48,394 bases of DNA from Candidatus Helarchaeota archaeon (lineage in GTDB: Archaea; Asgardarchaeota; Lokiarchaeia; Helarchaeales; RDOG01): the NCBI GenBank assembly GCA_029838215.1, contig JALGVI010000010.1, positions 1-48,394 of the forward strand, in the 5' to 3' direction. How positions within the stretch are numbered: position 1 is the first letter of the stretch; each line of letters begins with the position of its first letter. A program made the translations under genes and the position numbers. Below the pieces are notes generated by a model. That model did no database searches. It was not told where the DNA came from and saw only the letters and a list, made by a program, of their open reading frames with translations. Positions 20,505 to 30,122 of the stretch are shown here, piece by piece.

Positions 20505-21067
20505 TATTTTTTCTCCTCCAACTTTTTTGATACACGTTCTCTTGACTTTAAAAAGTCCATTATTTTGTGAATTTCATCCATATCGATTTTTGGAATGGGA
20601 GGTAGACCCAATTTTGTTCGGACACGGTTAGTCTTTGCTAGTTGGGATGTTATCAAGGCGATTCCTGCACCAAAATCGTAGTTCATATCAATTGCACCTT
20701 TATATGTTTTCCAAGGTAATTCTTCTTTTGAAGTATATCCGTATTCGGCAGAAATGTTTCGTAAAAATGCCAGTATATGAGAAAAGTTTACATTTTTCGG
20801 GCATCTTTCAGTACACGTATGACAATAACTGCAAATCCAGATCGAGGGATCGGAGAGCACTTGGTCCCGAAGACCCATGAGAGTCATTGCTATCAGTCGA
20901 TGAGGAGGGGAGATTATATCTTTCGAGATTGTACACCCCGAAGAGCAAATGCCACATTGGTAACAATTCAAGATGTTGTCCTCACGACATTTCTCAATTA
21001 CTTCTTTCAAGAATTCAGGATCCATGTCTTTCATTGTAACTTTTATTCGAATGTTATCCACGGTCAT
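20504..21067 (-). CDS. hdrC: Heterodisulfide reductase subunit C
   Basis: CYQCGICSSGC and CSYCHTCTERCPK ferredoxin motifs; stop/start overlaps with both neighbours. Confidence 0.9.
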   Translation of the reverse strand: MTVDNIRIKVTMKDMDPEFLKEVIEKCREDNILNCYQCGICSSGCTISKDIISPPHRLIAMTLMGLRDQVLSDPSIWICSYCHTCTERCPKNVNFSHILAFLRNISAEYGYTSKEELPWKTYKGAIDMNYDFGAGIALITSQLAKTNRVRTKLGLPPIPKIDMDEIHKIMDFLKSRERVSKKLEEKK

Positions 21068-24000
21068 TTCTTTACCTCCAAGGGTTTGAGTTGTAAATTT
21101 CCCAATTCTTCGAGTTCTTTAGTAAATTCCGTGACGACTTCTTGGAAGATTTTTCCTTCACTGGCGGAAACCCATTCTAATCGTAATCGCTTGGGATTGA
21201 TGCCCATTTCTTCCAATTTTTTGTGAAGCTTGTTAATTCGTTTCAATGTTTTTTCATTTCCACTGATGTAATGGCAGTCACCAATATGACATCCTCCAAC
21301 AAACACGCCATCAGCACCATCTAGGAATGCTTGGAGAATGAATAGTGGGTCAATACGAGCGCTACACATGACTCGAATTATGCGGATATTTGGAGGATAT
21401 TGAAAACGGCTGACACCAGCGTTGTCTGCACCTGCGTAACAACACCAATTGCATAGAAATCCGACCATTTTTGGTTCAGATCCGGTAGTCTGGATTGCCA
21501 ATGCTTCATCTACCATTGCCGAAATGTCAGGATCGGTGTAATGTCGCATTGTAATGGCACCGGCAGGACAAGCAACAGCACAACAACCACAACCCTTACA
21601 GAGTAATGGATTGACTTCGGAGACCGTCTTGCCTTCGTCCACGTGGATGCCAATGGCACCATATGGGCACAATGGCTGACACACTTGACATCCTATGCAA
21701 ATACTTTGATCGACTTCTGCCGTTATGCCTTCGCTTTCTACCTTGCCCGTGACCAGATATTTCAGAGCTCGACAGGATGCACCCAAGGCTTGACTGATAG
21801 AATCATTCACGCGTTTGGGTTGTTGAGCAACACCAGCCACGAAGACGCCATCAGTGGCAAAATCAACAGGGCGAAGTTTTGGATGAGCTTCGAGAAAGAA
21901 TTTAGAAGAATCAAGAGGTATTTTCAAGAGTTCTGAAATCTTTTTATTATCTTCAAATGGAATTATAGGAGTTCCAAGAACCACGTGATCTACTTCAAGA
22001 TCATACTCAATTGCGGTGCTGGAGTCCATCACGTTAATCAGAAGTTTCGAATCCTGCACGGTAACTTGTGGTTTTTCATTTCCAGAATAACGAATGAATC
22101 GGGCAACTTTACGAGCCTTCCAATAATGAATTTCACCTTCAGGGTCCACGCGAATGTCCCTATACAAGACAAATATTCGTGAATTTGGGTATTTTTCATG
22201 GATTTTCAGGACATATTGTAAGTTCGTGCTGCAACAAGTACTTGCACAGTAAGTAATTCCATCAGGATCTCTTGAGCCAACGCAGTTAATTAGAGCAATA
22301 ACATCTCCATCCTTTATTTTATCGCTTTTCAAAACGTCCACGAATTCGAGATTTGTATAAACGTTTGGGTGTTGTCCATATGCGTACAAGCCGTCTGGTT
22401 TCAGGACCTTTCCTCCGACCGTAACGAGCACGACACCAACTTTGAAAGACTCTTTACCCGAGGGCGTTTCAACATCAATGGCAAAATCTCCAATAGAACC
22501 ATAGACATTTACAACTTCTGAAGAAGTAAATACCTTGATGTTAGTCGTTGATTTGACTTCCTCTTTCAGATGAGTGATGAGTTTTTTGGCATTGATTCGA
22601 TCGAAATTTATTTCTTCCAAGTTGTTAAGTAATCCGCCGAGATCTGGCTCTTTTTCAACGAGATAAACTTGAAATCCCCGACCTGCGATGTTTAAAGCAC
22701 TTGTTAGCCCTGCAACGCCACCTCCAATGATTAGAGCAGCAGGTACCACGTCTGCTTCGAATGTTTGTTGAGGTCTTAAGTACCGGGCTCGACCCACGCT
22801 CATTCGTACTAAGTCCTTGGCTTTTTCAGTAGCTTTTTCGGGTTCTTTCATGTGCACCCAAGAATCCAGTTCTCGAATGCTTGAAAATGTAAAGAGATAT
22901 GGGTTCAATCCTGCTTCACGAATGGTCTCTTGAAAGAGTGGTTCGTGTGTTCGAGGCGTGCATGCTGCCACTATCACGCGATTCAAATCGTGTTCTAAGA
23001 TTTTCTCCTTGATAATTTGTTGGGAATCTTCAGAACACGTGTACAGGTTCGGCATTGCGAACACGACATTTTTCAGACCCTTGGCGTATTCCACGACTGC
23101 GGGAACGTCCACGACTCCACCAATATTGATGCCGCAATGACATACGAATACTCCAATCCTAGGTTCTTCGTTTGGACTGACGATCCTTTCGGGATGCTCA
23201 TACACTTTCTCTTTTGGTGGGAGAGGAATTCCGTGCGTGGCAGCCTTTGCTGAAGCACCTAGTGCTTTTGCTACGGAGTGAGATATGTCTTCAGGACTTT
23301 GGCAACAGCCAACGACATATATGCCTTCTACAGATGAATCGAGTATGTTTGTTGAATCAGGAGTCTTGAAAAAGCCAAATTCATCAGCATCAATCCCTAG
23401 TATCTTCGAAAGCTCCATTGCATTTGCTCTAGGTGTCACTGCAGGACATAAAACTGCTAATTCAAATTCTTCTTCATTAGTCTCAAGATTTTTCAAGTCA
23501 GCATACCTGAGGATTAAGTTATTCGTCTTTGGATCTTCTTCGATTGCGCTTGGCAAGCCTTTTATGTATCGAATGCCGTATTCGTTCTCTGCCCTCACGA
23601 AGAATTCTTCATGACCTTTCCCAATGGTTCGCAAGTCATTATAGAAAATGGTCACGTCAATGTCAGGAGCATGTTCTCTCGTGATGATGGAACTCTTGGT
23701 CGAATACAAGCAACAGAATTTGGAACAATATGGGACGGCATTTTCATCTTGGCAATTGCGACTACCGACGCACAAGATGAAAGCGATCTTATGAGGATGT
23801 TTTTTATCAGATGGTCGTGAAATTTCCCCACCAAATGGTCCAGATGCACTTAAGATCCGCTCGTATTGCAAGGAATCAACCACGTTTTGATATTCACCGT
23901 ATCCCCACCGAGGCGAGACATCTGCGGGATTGATAAGATCAAACCCTGTTGCAACCACGATGGATGCAAATTCTTCTTCAATAAACGTGGGTTTCTGCTC

Positions 24001-24546
24001 AAAATCGATGGCACCAGCAGTACAAAACTTCTCACAAACCCTGCAAATTCCCTTCTGAAAGAATAGGCAATGTTCAGCATCAATTGTTGCCTTACGAGGA
24101 ACTGCTTGTGGAAAAGGAATGTAGACTGCAGTCCTGTTTATGAGATTTGCTTCGAACTCGTGAGGAATCTTCTTGCTCGGACATTTTTCGGTACATACAC
24201 CACATCCGGTGCATTTAGAAGTGTCCACGTATCTGGGTTTTTGCTCGATCTTGACCTTGAAATTGCCATTTGGTAACTTGGTTACCTCGCGAACCTCAGA
24301 ATAAGTGAGCAAGTTGATATTTTCATGTCGAGCTGCTTCTACCATCTTTGGCGCTAAAATGCAAATGGAACAATCTAGCGTGGGGAAGGTCTTGTCCAAT
24401 TGAGCCATTCTACCTCCTATTGAAGGAGAACTCTCAACCAAGTAAGTATCAAATCCTTGATCGCCGAGATCTAGTGCTGCAGTAATACCTGCCACGCCGC
24501 CGCCAATCACTAAGATCTTGCTTGATTTCGTTGAATCTTCACTCAT
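21064..24546 (-). CDS. hdrA: Large two-FAD-domain HdrA fused to C-terminal MvhD
   Basis: Two GGGVAG Rossmann motifs, RMAQLDKTFPTLDCSIC, CVGSR...YCSKFCC and GVFVCHCG. The MvhD part (about 21064-21477) has GFLCNWCCYAGAD, RVMCSARID, GCHIGDCHY and EWVSASEG. Confidence 0.92.
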   Translation of the reverse strand: MSEDSTKSSKILVIGGGVAGITAALDLGDQGFDTYLVESSPSIGGRMAQLDKTFPTLDCSICILAPKMVEAARHENINLLTYSEVREVTKLPNGNFKVKIEQKPRYVDTSKCTGCGVCTEKCPSKKIPHEFEANLINRTAVYIPFPQAVPRKATIDAEHCLFFQKGICRVCEKFCTAGAIDFEQKPTFIEEEFASIVVATGFDLINPADVSPRWGYGEYQNVVDSLQYERILSASGPFGGEISRPSDKKHPHKIAFILCVGSRNCQDENAVPYCSKFCCLYSTKSSIITREHAPDIDVTIFYNDLRTIGKGHEEFFVRAENEYGIRYIKGLPSAIEEDPKTNNLILRYADLKNLETNEEEFELAVLCPAVTPRANAMELSKILGIDADEFGFFKTPDSTNILDSSVEGIYVVGCCQSPEDISHSVAKALGASAKAATHGIPLPPKEKVYEHPERIVSPNEEPRIGVFVCHCGINIGGVVDVPAVVEYAKGLKNVVFAMPNLYTCSEDSQQIIKEKILEHDLNRVIVAACTPRTHEPLFQETIREAGLNPYLFTFSSIRELDSWVHMKEPEKATEKAKDLVRMSVGRARYLRPQQTFEADVVPAALIIGGGVAGLTSALNIAGRGFQVYLVEKEPDLGGLLNNLEEINFDRINAKKLITHLKEEVKSTTNIKVFTSSEVVNVYGSIGDFAIDVETPSGKESFKVGVVLVTVGGKVLKPDGLYAYGQHPNVYTNLEFVDVLKSDKIKDGDVIALINCVGSRDPDGITYCASTCCSTNLQYVLKIHEKYPNSRIFVLYRDIRVDPEGEIHYWKARKVARFIRYSGNEKPQVTVQDSKLLINVMDSSTAIEYDLEVDHVVLGTPIIPFEDNKKISELLKIPLDSSKFFLEAHPKLRPVDFATDGVFVAGVAQQPKRVNDSISQALGASCRALKYLVTGKVESEGITAEVDQSICIGCQVCQPLCPYGAIGIHVDEGKTVSEVNPLLCKGCGCCAVACPAGAITMRHYTDPDISAMVDEALAIQTTGSEPKMVGFLCNWCCYAGADNAGVSRFQYPPNIRIIRVMCSARIDPLFILQAFLDGADGVFVGGCHIGDCHYISGNEKTLKRINKLHKKLEEMGINPKRLRLEWVSASEGKIFQEVVTEFTKELEELGNLQLKPLEVKK

Positions 24547-25072
24547 GGTAACTTACCTTCCACTAGAAATACCCAGACTCAAAATTGAACATGAAAGTTA
24601 AATCCTGAGCTGAGTCATTCAAGCATCATTTTGTAATACTTTCTTGAATTTTAATTTCCGAATTAAGAATGTATATTAAATTCTTTCTTGCGGTTTGCGT
24701 AATTTAAACCCCTTTTTAATTACGGGAATCGGACGACTCTTTACTGAGATCGTCATTGAACTGTTTTTTGAACTTCAAAATTTAAAAATCTTTTGTGAGG
24801 CAATTCTTGAAAAAAAACACGCTTCATTGATCTAAAGTTATTCATGGCTTCTAAACATCACGTGTAAGTGCAGATCTTGAGCATCGTAATTTATACCACT
24901 TAAATACCTTAAAAAACGCTCATTTTTCAGAAAATTCACGTTCATAAGAACACTATTTAACGTAGAATGGTAATTCTTGATCGAGATGGAAATAAATTCG
25001 TCATTAGTCAAAAAATATATTGCCAAATTCTTAATAAAATTTTAAGGTTCGTTTTCAAGAAAAAAGGCGAAA

Positions 25073-25615
25073 ATGGAAAGAAGCATCATGATTAGAAACG
25101 TTTTCATCATCATGAATCATATCTGCATGGTAAATCGGAATTTTGGTCAATGTCAATCACTTGGTAATGATCCCCAACTAATTTCGGGTTTTTTAGGAGC
25201 AATAGATACTTTTGCAAGTGAAGTCGCCAATCAATCAATGAAATCTATCGAGTTTGGGGAATTAAAACTTCATTTTTATAAGCATTCAAAGAATGTCGAA
25301 TTGCTTGTCGTTCTTGTAACGGACCTTAATGAGAAACAAGACCTAATTCAATATAAATTGGAGAAGATAGCGAGTATTTTCATCGAGCAATACGCGGATC
25401 ATATCGAGAATTTCAAGGGAGATGTAGAAATATTCGAGAATTTCGGCGACATTTTGATAGAAATGAAGCTTGCTCAGAAGAATTGTGGCGGTCGTCCCGA
25501 GTGCGATGGATGTCCCAATAGTGGAAATACCAGTAAAATATTGAATGCTTTTAAAAAAGGCAAAAGGGGATTTATTTCTCGAATCCGCTCATATTTTAAA
25601 AGATCTCCCAAGTAA
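25073..25615 (+). CDS. Longin-like domain protein with a Cys-rich C-terminal tail
   Basis: NVFII...QLISGFLGAIDTFASEV...IEFGELKLHF...FIEQY follows the longin pattern; the tail is CGGRPECDGC. Confidence 0.7.
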   Translation: MERSIMIRNVFIIMNHICMVNRNFGQCQSLGNDPQLISGFLGAIDTFASEVANQSMKSIEFGELKLHFYKHSKNVELLVVLVTDLNEKQDLIQYKLEKIASIFIEQYADHIENFKGDVEIFENFGDILIEMKLAQKNCGGRPECDGCPNSGNTSKILNAFKKGKRGFISRIRSYFKRSPK

Positions 25616-25724
25616 TCTCTTTCTTTAAAAAAGAAAAGACATGAAATATCACTTATCAGTCAGAAAGATTGAAAAACCAGTAAGAAAAAATTCTAAAACA
25701 AGATTTTCTTTAGGGGATTTTTGA

Positions 25725-26882
25725 ATGGTTTTTCATTCATTTGGTGAAATTCCAGATAATATCAGGTTTAAACCTTACATGCCTTTGTATCCAAATGCTT
25801 GGAAGATTTTTCAAACGTTTGGAATGGAGAGATTTCACGATTTCTGCTTGAACTCCCGAGATGGTTGTTATTCTTTTTTTGAAACTCGATTCAACGAATG
25901 CATTGATACCACGAGAAGAATCATGTCCGATTCCTTGCAACATCCTGAAAAAACGCTCTCTTATGTTCTCGTTCTACCGAATGTCGTCATGCGAAGTGAT
26001 CTCATGCAGGGAGTTCAGCGATTATTTTTAGGTGATTCCGTCGATATCACTTATATTATCTTGAAATACGATACACAAGAAGTGTTTGGGCTATTGAACG
26101 GACATTTGGAAGAAGGTTTACCCGTGGATTATTGGTTTATTCCTCCAGATGACGAGCTTCTCGAACGTCGTCATCTAAAGCTTGGATACAAGATAAAAGA
26201 TATTCCGAAAAAAATTAAGGACATGCGAAAGTCGAGTGCTCGTCTCATTGATATTTTCAAGGACATCCGAAACGAACGGACGCCGGAGTGGTCCACGGCA
26301 AATTATTCTGTCATCAATGCCTATGAAACTTTTGCCTTGAACTTGCTGTACGAACCGAGCTCATACGAAAACAGCTGCCAGGGATTTGATGGCTGGGCTG
26401 CAAAGGAACTCTATAAATTACCTGACTATGCTTTTGCATTATATCCATGGCCGACGATGATAAACACGTTTCTTTACCAAGGACGGAAGGAATTCACGAA
26501 AAAATTAACAGGAATGTGTTCAGAAGGGAAGTTTTACATAAGCACGTTTGAAAAAGAGAATAAAGAAATGATCGTGGAGCAGATGCCTCACGTTTTTGAG
26601 TGGTACGTGAGGGAAAAATTGGATAAAGGCGTTCCTTTTCCGATCCAAACCTTGGAGTGCCAAATGCCGAACATTAAAAACAAAAAAGATCCTGACGTTC
26701 GATTTGAATATCAATATCCACCAAGTGAATGGATTGACCTCGACAATCTGGGAATATCTAGAGATGAATTTACGGAGGGTGTCTTTCTTGACATCGATCA
26801 TGAAACAAAAGTCGAGGAGAAAATAGACAAGTCACGCATCATTTCTTTAGGTATCGGCAAGCAGACTAGATTTTTGAATTGA
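25725..26882 (+). CDS. Hypothetical protein (385 aa)
   Basis: Long ORF with globular composition; no motif recognised. Confidence 0.75.
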   Translation: MVFHSFGEIPDNIRFKPYMPLYPNAWKIFQTFGMERFHDFCLNSRDGCYSFFETRFNECIDTTRRIMSDSLQHPEKTLSYVLVLPNVVMRSDLMQGVQRLFLGDSVDITYIILKYDTQEVFGLLNGHLEEGLPVDYWFIPPDDELLERRHLKLGYKIKDIPKKIKDMRKSSARLIDIFKDIRNERTPEWSTANYSVINAYETFALNLLYEPSSYENSCQGFDGWAAKELYKLPDYAFALYPWPTMINTFLYQGRKEFTKKLTGMCSEGKFYISTFEKENKEMIVEQMPHVFEWYVREKLDKGVPFPIQTLECQMPNIKNKKDPDVRFEYQYPPSEWIDLDNLGISRDEFTEGVFLDIDHETKVEEKIDKSRIISLGIGKQTRFLN

Positions 26883-27192
26883 ACCTAAAACACGCAAAAT
26901 TTGGATTCCTTGTAATCATCTGCATGCAGTCGTGCAGATTTTTTTACTTCCACGATCCGAAAATGATCCTGAATTTACATGTTTTTTTCTCAAAAACACT
27001 AATTTCGGAATTTAATTTCCAATGTATTCCGCGACAAATTCCAAGAAAATGCCGAAAAAAGTATGGAATAAGTTTTAATTCGGTCATTACTTTAGATTAT
27101 TTGATGGTAAATCGGAAACGATCTTTACCGATTTCGGACTTACCGTCTAGACCACGTCTAGACAAAAAACATGAAAAAGGAATGAATAAAAA

Positions 27193-27753
27193 ATGAAGAT
27201 TTACATGCCAACGAAAATGGTGAAAACGAGCGATTTGTATTGGATGGCGAAAGTCGGTCACGGGAATTTGGTGGCCTTTTATGCCGTTGGCAGAACCCTG
27301 GAAGAGGTGCATGAGAAAATAGAAGCACTTGCAAGGGATCATTTTGTAAATCTTCTGGAATTAAAAGGAACGTGGATCAAGCTCGTTCGCGAGTTTAATC
27401 TTGCCGAATTAGAATTAAACCAGAACTTTTTGATTAATGTTGCAACGGGGCTCAAGCAGGAGATACAGTCAAGCGTGCCTCCGAAGCTCTTGATTCCCGT
27501 TGAATTCACGTTATTACCTCTCATGGATTTTGAAAAAACAGATGATGAGATCTGGGATTTCGTCCAGAGTAGAAATCTATTATCAAAAAAAGAAATTTTA
27601 TACTCCGTAACGGGTCGGACAACGAATAATGTTGCAGCCAAACTCCATGAATTCAAGTCAGGTCTTGTTTGGGGGTTAAAGTTGGAACCACGTAGTGCGA
27701 GTCGTTACTACGATGTTGAGACGGGCAAAAATGTGCACCCGATCATTGAGTGA
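27193..27753 (+). CDS. Hypothetical protein, paralog of the next gene
   Basis: Shares DLYxxAKV, VAFYAxxR and DFxQSRxLLxKxEI with 27772..28386. Confidence 0.75.
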   Translation: MKIYMPTKMVKTSDLYWMAKVGHGNLVAFYAVGRTLEEVHEKIEALARDHFVNLLELKGTWIKLVREFNLAELELNQNFLINVATGLKQEIQSSVPPKLLIPVEFTLLPLMDFEKTDDEIWDFVQSRNLLSKKEILYSVTGRTTNNVAAKLHEFKSGLVWGLKLEPRSASRYYDVETGKNVHPIIE

Positions 27754-27771
27754 AAGGAGGTTGAATGAAAG

Positions 27772-28386
27772 ATGAAAATATTTGTAGAAAATCCAGAACC
27801 AGACACGGAAAATTGTAAGGATTTATATCAAGTAGCAAAGGTTTACGTGGTGGATCGTCGTGGTAAGGAGCATGTTGCTTTTTATGCGATAGCGCGGGAT
27901 AGAAAAGCCCTAGATTACATTATTCGAGAAAAAGAAGCTGCTTTCTTTCCAGGGCTTTTAACACTTGAAATGACAAGGATCAAGAAAACAACTTTTCATT
28001 TATCACAAATTCATCTCCCGGATGACTTTTTAAAAGATAATTTGGAAACGCTACCCGTAAAGAGATATTCGGGAGTTGCATTAGAACCAGAATTAACCCA
28101 GAAATTGGATTTGATTCTAAACCCCGTTCGAGAAGTGGAATCTCGTCCGGACTTCTTCCAATCGAGGGATCTCCTCACGAAAGATGAGATCGCTGCGATA
28201 GAAGGATTGAATGAAGAAGAATCATCCGAGATATACTTACGAGAAAATGGCTCAATGCCCGTATGGGATATAGGAGATGCAATTTATTTTGCATTCAATG
28301 GTAAAAGATTCCCCGAGTTGGCAAGCTTTATCCTAACGGAACAAGATTCCGATTTCGGCAAGCCCGTGGAGTCGACATCTCACTAA
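27772..28386 (+). CDS. Hypothetical protein, paralog of the previous gene
   Basis: SD GGAGGT upstream; shares motifs with 27193..27753. Confidence 0.75.
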   Translation: MKIFVENPEPDTENCKDLYQVAKVYVVDRRGKEHVAFYAIARDRKALDYIIREKEAAFFPGLLTLEMTRIKKTTFHLSQIHLPDDFLKDNLETLPVKRYSGVALEPELTQKLDLILNPVREVESRPDFFQSRDLLTKDEIAAIEGLNEEESSEIYLRENGSMPVWDIGDAIYFAFNGKRFPELASFILTEQDSDFGKPVESTSH

Positions 28387-28416
28387 TTTTTTTTACTTTT
28401 TTAAACAATTTTCTAT

Positions 28417-29250
28417 TTATCCCCATCCATTTTGTTCAATGTATTGAATTATTACCGGAAATCCTTTATTTCCGAAACCATATTCTAATAGTGGTTTTAA
28501 TTCGTTCCAACTCACGTTTCTACTGCGAATTACTTCTCTAATGAAAACCTGAAAAAATTGATGTCTTTTTTCCTTGAAGTCTTCGAACTTCTGACCTTGG
28601 CGGTATTTGAGTGCCATTCCATAGAATTGCAACATTTCTTTTCCGATTCGCTTCTCTCGAAACGCTTTATTCAAGAGTTTAAAGATTTCGTGCTTGTCAA
28701 ACTCGTTGGCTTCAGGGAAATACGTGGCAGTCAATAAAAAACCTAGTTTAAAAATGGCTTTAGAAAATCTCATCTCCTCATCTAAAGGATTTTTCTGAGA
28801 TTCTGCTTTCAATAGTTTAAATAAGGGCGTTGGCTCGAGATGGTAAGCCACACGAATGAAGATATCATCAAGATCATAGGGAGGAGAGGGAAGGTCATTC
28901 CGGATGTCCTTGCCCCACAATAATCGCGAACCGTACTTCAAGGACCGAACTGCCCACTCCCAATTGGCAAAACTAACTTTTTGGAACGTTTCCTTGTATT
29001 TATAATCCTCAAGGGTTGCATAAAGAAACCAAAATTCGTGCCCGGCAAACGTTTTTTTCTCAAACAAACTGGTCGTCCAATCCTTTCTCGGACAATTTTC
29101 GGTAGTCGAAAGAAGAACAACTAGATCAATGTCCGAAGTAATGGGAAATTTAGTATTGAAAACAGAACCGATCCCATAAACTGCGATTAAATCGGATTCA
29201 AACTTAGCCAATAGATATTCTATTGCCTTATTCATCTCATTTTCATTCAT
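28417..29250 (-). CDS. Pol-beta-superfamily nucleotidyltransferase with a helical C-terminal domain
   Basis: AVYGIGS...SDIDLVV NTase signature followed by a helical (HEPN/substrate-binding-like) region. Confidence 0.7.
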   Translation of the reverse strand: MNENEMNKAIEYLLAKFESDLIAVYGIGSVFNTKFPITSDIDLVVLLSTTENCPRKDWTTSLFEKKTFAGHEFWFLYATLEDYKYKETFQKVSFANWEWAVRSLKYGSRLLWGKDIRNDLPSPPYDLDDIFIRVAYHLEPTPLFKLLKAESQKNPLDEEMRFSKAIFKLGFLLTATYFPEANEFDKHEIFKLLNKAFREKRIGKEMLQFYGMALKYRQGQKFEDFKEKRHQFFQVFIREVIRSRNVSWNELKPLLEYGFGNKGFPVIIQYIEQNGWG

Positions 29251-29280
29251 GATCTCATTTCCAAGATCCCTCGCCCAATT

Positions 29281-29931
29281 TCACGCATCATGAATCTTAA
29301 AATGTCCTAATTTAATCATTTCGTGTAAGATTTTGGCTTCATGTACGGCATCATCAGCCGCTCGATGTTTTTCCACGTATCTCACACCAGGAAAATAAAA
29401 TCGCCATGCTTCTTCCACGGATGGCCACTTGAATTTTTGAACCAGTTCAGGAATTCTTCTGTAATTTTGATTCTTATGGGGAATCTTGCAATAGTCTGTT
29501 GCAGTTAACATTATGCAGGGCAACTCGTTTGGTATCGTGAAACCCTTATGCTTTAAAAATCCGAAATCAAAATCTTTATTAAAAGATGTCATCGGGTACG
29601 CATTCAAAGCATCCTGAATGGAATGTGAGACATTTGAAAGGAGTTCTGCGTTAATGACATCTTCAAATGTCAAGTCAGAATTTGAAAATATCCACGCATT
29701 TCGATGTTGTCCCCCAAACGATTCTTCTTTTACGATCGAATCAAAAATGACTTCGATCTCTCCAGTTTCGGAATCTAGCTTTACGATTCCAACTTCAACA
29801 ATAAGACCGATTTGAGGCTTAATGGCCGTGGTTTCCACGTCGACTATTCCGATTTTCAACTTTTTTCCCTCTAATTCATTCCTAATTAATTCTTTTGGAA
29901 ATTCGTGCCTTTTAAAACGTTTTTTTTTCAA
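29281..29931 (-). CDS. DEDDh (DnaQ-like) 3'-5' exonuclease
   Basis: ExoI VDVETT, ExoII FNKDFD and ExoIII HRAADD; TTG start. Confidence 0.88.
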   Translation of the reverse strand: MKKKRFKRHEFPKELIRNELEGKKLKIGIVDVETTAIKPQIGLIVEVGIVKLDSETGEIEVIFDSIVKEESFGGQHRNAWIFSNSDLTFEDVINAELLSNVSHSIQDALNAYPMTSFNKDFDFGFLKHKGFTIPNELPCIMLTATDYCKIPHKNQNYRRIPELVQKFKWPSVEEAWRFYFPGVRYVEKHRAADDAVHEAKILHEMIKLGHFKIHDA

Positions 29932-30122
29932 TCCATTTGTAAAAGCACTTCAAAATCTCAATAACGATTATTATATTATTTGTATTGTTTTTTGCATTGT
30001 TTAAAAAATATTTTTCGTGTAAGGACATCGGTCAGCTAGGTTTAATTAGGAGAATATCTATCATCGTATAAGCGATTTTATAAATAATAGATGAATTCGT
30101 AGATGAGGAGAATTGAACCATA

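Noticed and set aside
21064-24546. Selenocysteine recoding in HdrA/MvhD
   Set aside because: The frame is fully open with Cys codons at the motif positions; there is no in-frame TGA.
24838-25026. 62-aa minus-strand ORF
   Set aside because: TTG start in AT-rich promoter DNA, with no motif or clear SD.
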